Shown piece by piece: positions 1 through 12,110 of a DNA stretch of 64,000 bases. The notes under the pieces are model-generated. The model worked only from the letters and a program-made list of their open reading frames with translations, was not told the origin of the DNA and searched no databases. The translations under genes were made by a program, and so were the position numbers. How positions within the stretch are numbered: the stretch's first letter is position 1; each line of letters opens with the position of its first letter. The stretch comes from the human T2T-CHM13v2.0 reference genome, Homo sapiens: NCBI RefSeq assembly GCF_009914755.1, contig NC_060927.1. One strand, 5' to 3'.

Positions 1-2115
1 GACAGTTTGTTATAATTTCTGTTCTTTTACATTTGCTGAGGAGAGCTTTACTTCCAACTATGTGGTCAATTTTGGAATAGGTGTGATGTGGTGCTGAAAA
101 AAATGTATATTCTGTTGATTTGGGGTGGAGAGTTCTGTAGATGTCTATTAGGTCCGCTTGGTGCAGAGCTGAGTCCAATTCCTGGGTATCCTTGTCGACT
201 TTCTGTCTCGTTGATCTGTCTAATGTTGACAGTGGGGTGTTAAAGTCTCCCATTATTATTGTGTGGGAGTCTAAGTCTCTTTATAGGTCACTCAGGACTT
301 GCTTTATGAGTCTGGGTGCTCCTGTATTGGGTGCATATATATTTAGGATAGTTAGCTCTTCTTGTTGAATTAGTCCCTTTACCATTATGTAATGGCCTTC
401 TTTGTCCCTTTTGATCTTTGTTGGTTTAAAGTCTGTTTTATCAGAGACTAGGATTGCAACCCCTGCCTTTTTTTGTTTTCCATTTGCTTGGTAGATCTTC
501 CTCCATCCTTTTATTTTGAGCCTATGTGTGTCTCTGCACGTGAGATGGTTTTCCTGAATACAACACACTGATGGGTCTTGACTCCTTATCCAATTTGCCA
601 GTCTGTGTCTTTTAATTGGAGCATGTAGTCCATTTACATTGAAAGTTAATATTGTTATGTGTGAATTTGAACCTTTCATTATGATGTTAGGTGGTTATTT
701 TGCTCGTTAGTTGATGCAGTTTCTTCCTAGTCTCGATGGTCTTTACATTTTGGCATGATTTTGCAGCGGCTGGTACTGGTTGTTCCTCTCCATGTTTAGT
801 GCTTCCTTCAGGAGCTCTTTTAGGGCAGGCCTGGTGGTGACAAAATCTCTCAGCATTTGCTTGTCTGTAAAGCATATCTGTAAAGCATTGTCTGTAAAGC
901 CTCACTTATGAAGCTTAGTTTGGCTGGATATGAAATTCTGGGTTGAAAATTCTTTTCTTTAAGAATGTTGAATATTGGCCCCCAGTGTCTTCTGGCTTGT
1001 AGAGTTTCTGCCGAGAGATCCGCTGTTAGTCTGACGAGCTTCCCTTTGTGGGTAACCCGACCTCTCTCTCTGGCTGCCTTAACATTTTTTCCTTCATTTC
1101 AACTTTGGTGAATCTGACACTTATGTGTCTTGGAGTTGCTCTTCTCGAGGAGTATCTTTGTGGCATTCTCTGTATTTCCTGAATTTGAATGTTGGCCTGT
1201 CCTTCTAGGTTGGGGAAGTTCTCTTGGATAATAACCTGCAGAGTGTTTTCCAACGTGGTTCCATGCTCCCCGTCACTTTCAGTTACACCAATCAGATGTG
1301 GATTTGATCTTTAAACATAGTCCCATATTTCTTGGAGGCTTTGTTCATTTCTTTTTACTCTTTTTTCTCTAACCTTCTCTTCTCGCTTCATTTCATTCAT
1401 TTGGTCTTCAATCACTGATAACCTTTCTTCCAGCTGATCGAATCGGCTACTGAAGCTTGTGCATTCATCATATAGTTCTCATGCCATGGTTTTTAGCTCC
1501 ATCAGGTCATTTAAGGACTTCTGTACATTGGTTATTCTAGTTAGCCATTCGTCTATTCTTTTTTCAAGGTTTTTAACTTCTTTGCGATGGGTTCGAACTT
1601 CCTCCTTTAGCTCGGAGAAGTTTGATCGTCTGAAGCCTTCTCTCAACTCGTCAAAGTCATTCTCCATCCAGCTTTGTTCTGTTGCTGGTGAGGAACTGTG
1701 TTCCTTTGGAGGGGGAGAGGCACTGTGATTTTTAGAATATTTAGCTTTTCCCCTCTGTTTTTTCCCCATCTTTGTGATTTTATCTACCTTTGGTCTTCAA
1801 TGATGGTGACGTACAGATGGGGTTTTGGTGTGGTTGTCCTTTCTTTTTGTTAGTGTCTGTCACCGCTTCTCTGGGCTAGGAAGTGCAATTCCCTGACCCC
1901 TTGTGCTTCCTGGGTGAGGCGATGCCTCACCTTGCTTCGGCTCTTGCTTGGTGGGCTGTACCCACTATCCTGCCCCCCACTGTCTGACAATCCCCAGTGA
2001 GATGAACCCGGTACCTCAGTTGGAAGTGCAGAAATCACCCATCTTCTGCATCACTCATGCTGGGAGTTGTGGACTGGAGCTGTTCATATTTGGCTATCTT
2101 GGAACCACCTCCTCC
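1..2115 (-). mobile_element. LINE-1 L1PA (about L1PA4-6): 5'UTR with internal deletion, ORF1 and ORF2 endonuclease start; continues past the window start
   Basis: ORF 281-679(-) is L1 ORF2 EN (HITILTFNVNGLHAPIKRHRLANW); 1479-1769(-) and 1026-1253(-) are ORF1; L1 5' terminus near 2110. Confidence 0.95.
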
Positions 2116-3645
2116 TCTAACCTTTCTTCACGCTTCTTAGCTTGCTTGCATTGGGTTAGAATATGCTCCTTTAGCCTGGAGGAGTTTGTTGTTACCCACT
2201 TTCTGAAGCCTACTTTTGTCAGTTAATCAAACTCATTCTCCATCTAGTTTTATTCTGTTGCTGGCGAGACACTGTGATTCTTTCGTGGAGAAGAGGTGTT
2301 CTGGTTTTTGGAATTTTCAGCCACTTTGCACTGGTTTCTCCCCATCTTCATGGATTTATCTACTTTTGGTCCTTGATTTTGGTTACCTTCTGATGGGGTC
2401 TTTGAGTGGATGTGCTATTCGTTTCTGTTTGTTAGTTTTTCTTCCAACAGTCAGGCCCCTCTGCTGCAGGTTGGCTGGAGTTTGCTGGAGGTCCACTACA
2501 GACGCTATTTGCCTGGGTATAACCAGGGGCGGCTGCATAACAGCGAAAGAAAAAAAAAAGCCTGTTTTTTCCTCTGGAATCTTTGTCCCAGAGGGGAACC
2601 TACCAGTTGCCAGCCAGAGCTCTCCTGTATGAGGTTTCTGTCAGCCCCTACTGGGAGGTGTCTCCCATTCAGGAGGTATGGAGGTCAGGGATCCACTTGA
2701 GCAGGCAGTCTGATGGTTAGTATAGCTCAAACACTCTGCTGGGAGTCCACTGCTCTCTTCAGAGCTGTCAGGCAGGGATGTTTAAGTCTGCTGAAGTTGT
2801 GCCCACAGCAGCCCCTTCCCCGAGGTGCTCTGTCCCAGGGACATGGGGGTTTTGTCTATATGTCCCTTATGGGGGCTGCTGCCTTTTTTTCAGAGATGCC
2901 CTGCCCGGAGAGGAGAAATGTGGCAGTCTGGCCACAGCAGCCTTGCTCAGCTCTGCCCAGTTCAAACTTCCTGGCTGCTTTGTTTACTCTGTGAGCTTAA
3001 AACTGGCTACTCAAGCTGCACCAGTGGTGGATGCCCCTCCCCACACCAAGCTCAATTGTCCCAGGTTGATCTCTGACTGCTGTTGTGTTGGCAGTGAGAA
3101 TTTCAAGCCAGTGGGGGTGGGACCCACCGAGCCAGACCACTTGGCTCCCTGACTTCAGCACCCCTTTCCAGGGGAGTGAACGGTTCTGTCTTGCTGGCAT
3201 TCCAGGAGCCACTGGGGTATGGAAAGAAAAACACCTGCAGCTAGTTCAGTGTTTTCCCTAATGGCCACCCAGTTTTGTGCTCGAAACCCAGGGCCCTGGT
3301 GGGGTAGGCACCATAGGGAACCTCCTGGTCTGCGGGGTTGCAAAGACCATGGGACAAATGCAGTATCTGGGCTGGAGTGTGCACCCTTCCTCAGGCTCAG
3401 TCCCTCATGGCTTCCCTTGGTTAGGGGAGAAAATTTCCCGACTTCTTGCACTTCCTGGGTGAGGCGATGCCCCACCCTGCTTCAGATCACCCTCCGTGAG
3501 CTGCACCCACCATCCAACCATTCCCAGTGAGATGAACCGGGTACCTCAGTTGGAAATGCAGAAATCACCCACCTTCTGTGTCGATCTCGCTGGGAACTGC
3601 AGACCAGAGCTGTTCCTATTCGGCCATTTTGCCAGCTATCCCCTT
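2116..3645 (-). mobile_element. Older L1PA7/8-type 5'UTR plus start of ORF1, interrupted by the younger L1PA
   Basis: Second L1 5' end (ttggaaatgcagaaatcaccc...ggccattttgccag); its ORF1 sequence resumes right after the younger element's 5' end. Confidence 0.85.
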
Positions 3646-4079
3646 GTTTGCCAGTATTTTTTAAGCTTGTTGCATATCAAATGGAACTAATTGAAATGTG
3701 ATCTAATACAATGGATGCCATTACTGAATATATTATACTTAAGATTACATTTAATTTTGTAATCTTGGTTATAGAGGGGTTATACTGTTGGTTTACGTTG
3801 AACGTAAAGCCAAGCAATACTCCCATTTTTTTTTCTATTTTAACCATTGTTAAACAGTTTTTCAATCATATACTTTAGCAGTTGATGTTTTTTAAATGAA
3901 AATGCAGAATTTTCTATGTATCCCTATTAGTATAATTTTCTGTTCAACCTACGGTACTGATATCAAGAAATGTGGAAAGCACATTATATTATCTAATATC
4001 TTGATATGTTTTTTAGAGTTGGTTTGAAAATTGGTGGAGATTGTTTGATGACTGCCCTTTTTCAGTAGAAGGGGATATG

Positions 4080-4480
4080 TATTTTGGCTCACAGTACTGC
4101 AGGCTGTACAGGAAGTGGGATGTCAGCATCTGCTTCTGGTGAGCACCTCTGAAAGCTTACAATCATGGTGGAAGGAGAAGGAGGAGCAGAGTATCATGTG
4201 GTTAGACAGGGAGCAAGAGAGAGAGGCAGGAGGTGCCAGGTTCTTTTAAACAACTAGGTCTCATATGAACTTACAGGGTAAGAACTCCCTCATTATCGTG
4301 AAGACAGTACCATGCCATGGTGGTGCTGTCCTCATGATAATGAGTGAGTTCTGACTCTATAAGATTAGTCATCAAGGCAGAGAGATCTGCCTCCATGACC
4401 CAAACACTATACCCATTTCCAACATCAGACATCACATTTCAACATGAGATTTGGAGGGGACACACACTCAAACCGTATTA
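4080..4480 (+). mobile_element. MaLR LTR (MSTA/MSTB-like), one end truncated
   Basis: ggctcacag..caggctgtacaggaag..cttacaatcatgg..catttcaacatgagatttggagggga; orientation uncertain. Confidence 0.8.
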
Positions 4481-4970
4481 TGAGGCCAGAGAAATGAAGT
4501 GGCTCAGCTGTGGAATGGAATGCTAAAGTTCAAGTTTTGTCGGGAATACCTTTGTAGGGTTGGCCTGGCCTGCTCCACTTGCATCTGCAAGGATGATGGG
4601 TCCTCCTGATGTGGCCAGGTTCAAAAGACCACTCTGGCCATTGTTCCCTACAAGGAATCCAGTTTATAATTGGCATGTCTGTAGGGAGCATCCACTTTAC
4701 TCCCTTCAAAAGCCTCCAAGGAAGTTATTGTGAATTTTTTTTTCCAGAAAGAAAATAATTTTCTCCATTTCAGGCACATTATCATGGTCCCCAGCATCCT
4801 CCCACCTCACAGATCCTGCAATTCTGGTGCATTCTGGACTCCAAATAACCCTGTATATATAGAGAGAGATAGAGATTGCCTCTATCTATATACATTCGTA
4901 AGCTTCCCCAAAATGATCTTGGTATCAATAAAGGGAGAATTCAGGTACATTTCACCATCAGCCTCACAGC

Positions 4971-5640
4971 ATGGCAGCCATTGATTTGTCCTGTGGCTTC
5001 CTTACCAGGGAACCAATCTGCCTTTATGAGAAAAAGACAAAGATATAATAGAAAGGTTGGTGGGTGACTGTCTGCCAAATTGGTATCAGGATTCAGTGAA
5101 CTTTTATGATATGACTATGGAGTTCACCCAGAGGAGTGAACTTTACTGGACATGATTCAGAGATACCTCTGCAGATACATGATACTGGAGAACTGCAAGC
5201 ACCTGGGCTCAGTAAGATTTCAGCTCTTTATACACAGCCTGATCTCTTGGTTACAATAAAAAGAGTTGAAGACAGTTCAGAGTGGAGTTCTTCAAGAAGC
5301 TACAATAGAGGGGAACTCTGTGATTGTAAGAATTGTAGAGAAAACTTCAGTGAACACTTATGCCCAAGAATGAATCAGGAAGAAATTGAAACCCTGAACA
5401 GACCAATATCAATCAATATGACACACATGAGAGCTCAGAATAGAGGGAACACTTCTGAGTGTAACTGGTGTAGAAAAGACATCCATACTCTGCAGAAGAA
5501 AACCTCTATTGGACAGGAGCTTCCTTAGTTTAATTAGTTTGCAAAAGTCTTCACCCTGACTCCAAGCCTTGCTGTGCATCTGCAAGAAAACCCTGCAAAT
5601 TTAAGGAATGTGGAAAAGCTTTCAAGTATTTGCAGTCCTT
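4971..5640 (+). pseudogene. Processed KRAB zinc-finger pseudogene fragment (ZNF561/ZNF562/ZNF426 clade), 3'-truncated at the first finger
   Basis: Intronless MAAIDLSCGFLTREPICLYEKKTK / ERLVGDCLPNWYQDSVNFYDMTMEFT / EE*TLLDMIQRYLCRYMILENCKHLGSV (KRAB-A) RFQLFIHSLISWLQ*KELKTVQSGVLQE (KRAB-B), then ELCDCKNC..THMRAQNRGNT..VFTLTPSLAVHL..CKFKECGKAFKY; stops and frameshifts present. 4481-4970 may be its 5'UTR. Confidence 0.88.
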
Positions 5641-8600
5641 AAAAATGCCCCACTTAAAAGGCATAGAGTGGCAAGGTAGATGAAAAAAGCAAGACTCATC
5701 TCTCTGCTGTCTTCAAGAGACCCATTGCACACCTAACAGGACCCACAGGCTCAAAGGAAAGGGTTGGAGAAATATCTGTCACACAAATCGAAAACAAAAA
5801 AGTAGTTCCTATTCTCATATCAGATAAAACAGACTTTAAACCAACAACCGTATAAAAGGATAAAGAAGGACATTACATAATGATAAAGGGGTTAATTTGA
5901 CATGAAAATTTAACTATCCCAAATATATATGCACCCAAATTGGAGCACCCAGATTTATAAAACAAGTACCCCTAGACCTATAAAAAGACTTAGACAGCTA
6001 CACAATAAGAGTGAGGTCTTTAAAACCCCATTGGCAGCGTTAGACAGATGCTTGAGGCAGAAAACTTAACAATGAAATTCTGGATTAAATTTAACACTTG
6101 ACCTAATTGAAACTAATATATGTCTACATAATACTCCACCCATCAACTATAGGATACTCACTCTTGTCTTCTGCACACAGAACATACTCCAAACTTGACC
6201 ACATCCTGGTCCATAAAACAAGTCTCAATAAACTCAAACAAACTGAAATCATATCAAACATACTCTCAGAAAACAGTGGAATAAAAATAATCAATACCAA
6301 GATCTTTTATTACCACACAATTACATGAAAATCTTAAAAACTTGCTCCCGATTGACTTTTGGTAAACAATGAAATTAAGGCAGAAATAAAAGAAATTATT
6401 TGACATAAATGAAAACAGAGACATGACTTACTAAAATCTCTGGGATGCAACAAAAGCAATGTTAAGAGGAAAGTTTATAGTACTAAATGCCTGTCTCAAA
6501 AAGTCATAAAGATCTCAAATTAATGATCTAACATCAAATCTAGAGGAAGTGGAAAAACGAGAACAAACTAATCCTAAAGCTAGCATCGGAAAAGAAAGAA
6601 CTAAAATCAGTGCAGAACTAAATGAAATTAAGACCCCAAAATCCACACAATATATCGACAAAAAAAAAAAGTTGGTTCTTTGAAAGAATAAATATTGGTA
6701 GAACACTAGCTAGATTAACAAAGAAAAAAAAGAGGAAAGATCCAAATAAGCAATCAGAAGCAACAAAGGTGACATTATAACTGATCCCACAAAAACATAA
6801 AATATCCTCCAAGACTGCTATGAACACCTCTATGCACACAAACTACGTTATCTAGAGGAAACGGATAAATCCCTGGAAGCACAGCCTCCCAAGAATGAAT
6901 CAGGAAGAAATTGAAACCCTGAACAGACCAATATCAAGTTCCAAAATTAAATCAGTAGTGAAAAATCTGCCAAACAAAAAAAAAGCTCCAGACAAGATGG
7001 AGTCACAGTCAAATTCCACCAGACATACAAAGAAAGCTGGTTCCAGTTCTTCTGATATTATTCCAAAATTCAGGGAAGAGGGACCTCCTTTATTACTCAT
7101 TTTATGAAGCCAGTATCACACTGATACCAAAACCTGGCAAAGACACAATGAAAAAAGGACAATACAGGCCAATATCCCCAATGAACGTAGATGCAAAAAT
7201 CCTCAGCAGAATACTAAGAAAAAGAATCCAACAACACAACAAAAAGTTAATTCACCATGATCAATTAGGCTTCATTCCTGGGATGCAAAGTTGATTCAAC
7301 ATATGCAAATCAATAAATCACAACATAAAAAGATTTAAAAACCATATGATCATCTCAATTTACACAGAAAATGCTGTTGATAAAATCTAACATCTCTTCA
7401 TAATAAGAAACATCAACAAACTAGGCAACGAAGGAATATATACCATAGAATGGTAAGAGCTATTTATGATAAACACATAGCCAATATCATACTGAACAGG
7501 CAAAAGCTGAAAGCATTCCCCTTGAGAACTGGAACGAGACAAGGATGCTCACTCTCAACATTCTTATTCAACATAGTACTGGAAGTCCTACCCAGAGCAA
7601 TCAGGCAAAAGAAAGAAATAAAAGGCATCCAACTAGGAAAAGAAGAAGAAAAACTATGTCTTTTTGCTGATGATATAATTCTATACCTAGAAAACCCTAA
7701 AGACTCCACTGAAAAGCTCGTGGAACTGATGAGTTCAGTAAAGTTTCCGGATACAAAGTCAGTAGCATTTCTATCTACCAATAATGTTCAAGCTGCAAAC
7801 CAAACAAAGAAAACAATCCCATATACAATAGTCACAAGCAAAAAATACCTAGGAATACATCTAACCCAAGATATGAAATATCTCTTTAAGGAGAAGCACA
7901 AAACACAGCTGAAAGAAATCATAGGTGACACAAAAAAATGGAAAAATATTTCATGCTTATGGATTGGAAGAACAATATTGTTAAAATGGCCATACTTCCC
8001 AAAGCAATGTAAAGATTCAATGCTATACTTATCAAACTACCAGAGTCATTCTTTACAGAATTAGAAAAAAACTATTATAAATTCATGTGGAACCAAAATA
8101 GAGCCCAAATAGCCAAATCAGTCCTAAGCAAAAAGAACAAAGCCAGACACATTACATTACCTGATTCAAACTATACTACTGTAAGTGTACAGTAACCAAA
8201 AGAGCATCATACAGGTATACAAAGAGAGATAGACCAATGGAACAGAATAGAGAACCCAGAAATAAAGCCACACACCTACAGCCATCTGATCTTTGACAAA
8301 GTCAACAAAAATAACCAATGGGAAAAGTACTCCCTATTCAATAAATGGTGCTGTGATACTTGGCTACCCATATGCAGAAAAATGAACTAGACCTCTACCA
8401 TACACAAAAATTAACTCAAGAGGGTTTAAAGCTCTAAATATCAGACCTCAAACTATAAGAATCCTAGAAATCTTGTGAAATATCATTCTGGACATTGGCC
8501 TTGGGAAAGAATTTATGACTAGGTCTTCAAAAGCAATTACAGCAAAATCAAAAATTGACAAGTGGGACCTAATTAAACTAAGGAACTTCTGCACAGCAAG

Positions 8601-9530
8601 ATAAACTGTCACCAGAAGAAACAGATATACTACAGAATGGTAGAACATGTTTACAAACTATGCATCAAACAAAGGTCAAATATCCAGGATCTATAAGGTA
8701 CTTAGATAATTCAACAAGCAAGAAACACATAACCCCATTAAAAATTGGGCAAAAGACCTTAACAGACACTTCTCAAAAGAAGACATACAAGTGTTCAACA
8801 AAAATGAAAAAATACCCCACATAACTAATCATCAGAGAAATGCAAATCAAAAACCACAATGAGATATTATCTCCTACCCATCAGAATGGCTATTATTAAA
8901 AAGTCTAAAAACCACAAATGCTGGCAAAGCTGTGGAGAAAAAGGAATGTTTGTACACCTTTGGTGGGAATGTTACTAGTTCACCTACTGTGGAAAGCAGT
9001 TTGGAGATTTCACAAACAAAACTGAGCTACCATTTGACCCAGAAATCCCATTACTGGGTATATATCCATAGAAAAATAAATTGTTCTACCAAAATGTCAC
9101 ATGTATGTTCATTGCAGCACTATTCACAATATCAAAGACATGGAATCAACCCAGGTGCCCCTTGACAGTGGATTGGAGGAAGAAAATTGGTGCATATACA
9201 CTACAGAGTATTATGCAGCCATAAAGAAAATGAAGTCATGTTCTTTGCAGCTATTTGGATGCAGCTGGAGGCCATTATCTTAAGAAAATTTACACAGGAA
9301 CAGAAAACCAAACAACACATGTTCTCAAGTATACATCGGAGCTAAACATTGGATGTACTTGGATAAAAGATGGCAAAAATAGACACTAGAGACTACTAGG
9401 GGGCAAGAGTTAATGAATTGACTGTTGGGTACTGTGCTTACCTCAGCATCACTCAATATACCCATGCAGCACACCTATACATGTACCTCCTGAATCTATA
9501 ATAAAAGTTGAAATTATTTTTAAAAACCAC
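5641..9530 (+). mobile_element. 5'-truncated L1 (L1PA15/16 to L1PB age): near-complete ORF2 and 3'UTR
   Basis: Starts aaatgccccacttaaaaggcatagagtgg (ORF2 N-terminus); RT ORF 7450-8064 ([14 protein letters not shown]); ends ..gaatctataataaaagttgaaatta. Confidence 0.93.
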
Positions 9531-10089
9531 AAAATAAACATATATGAATATATAAAAAGATAAGACAGTATAGAGAATATAAAGCTTAGTACATATGACA
9601 TAAAATGCTTGCATTACAAATGACTTCTGTTGGTTAAGAGAAAAGTTAGAGAAAATTAGATGATTAGGTGATTATTTTAAGAACAGATAAAGAAAATTAA
9701 GTAACAGTCTTCAAAACAAAGTTCTTAGTGTTTTGCCACTTAAGTTTTAGTGAAGAAATATGTTTGGGTATTTACTGCAGACAGGGTATTACGTAAGTGA
9801 ACGAAAATAATAAATATTTATCATTCAGTTCTGTCAAATTATTTTTAATTATGAATTTCTGAAGGACTATGAGTGTGTCAGATGATATGTGTCTGTAGCA
9901 TCTACATGCTGGTACATAGTATCTGTGAAGTGTTTATTACAATAGTAAATCTTCTATATGTCAATCATCATATGAATTTATGACTGCTCATGAAATCTTT
10001 TGACCATATATTTTTCTTGCCTGATCCAGGCAAGATAATAAAAATGTTATAATTTTAACTTATATGGTAGGTAACAAATAATATCCTGA

Positions 10090-11522
<1,433 letters not shown>

Positions 11523-12110
11523 ACTTTTGATTTAAAAAAAAGCTGTTAGAATAGATAAATATAGTGAAAAGGTACAAACTAAGTATGGACACATGAAACT
11601 CAATAGAACCTGTGCAGTTAGAACCATATTCATATTTTGAGGTTATTTTATTTCTGTAAAAAAAATTCAACGTCACATTAATTAATATTGATTTAAATTC
11701 TGGTTGTAGTTTTTTGTAATTAATTTGGAATTTTTGTTTTATGTGTGTAAAGAGCCATAAGTGTGAAAAATTTATATTTTATTTTGTTTTTATACCTAAG
11801 TAAAATTTCTAAGAGTAAGTCAAAAGTAAAGAATATAAACAAATTCAAAGGTCTGCCCATTTTTCAAAGTGAGAAAAATTTATTTATTTTGTGTTTTGAT
11901 CATTAATGGCCCAATTGAAACACAACTCTCTACATTAGCTTTTCTTGATTTTTCTTACTGTAATTAATCTCTTCCTTCTTTGGAGTCTATAGAAATTATT
12001 ACATTTTAGTTTTATTTTTCTTACTTGTCTGCTTGTTTTGTCTCTCCTGTTAGATAGTATGATTTGAAGAAAAACGGATGTGTGTGTATAATCTGGGACA
12101 ATACATTTTT

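Noticed and set aside
5136-5528. 130-aa ORF with CxC/CxxC motifs as a novel protein
   Set aside because: Composite of out-of-frame KRAB sequence, ZNF spacer and the L1-derived insert; begins at GTG; no sign of a functional gene.
7450-8064. 204-aa reverse-transcriptase ORF, the longest in the track
   Set aside because: Fragment of decayed L1 ORF2 bounded by stops and frameshifts; not an intact RT.
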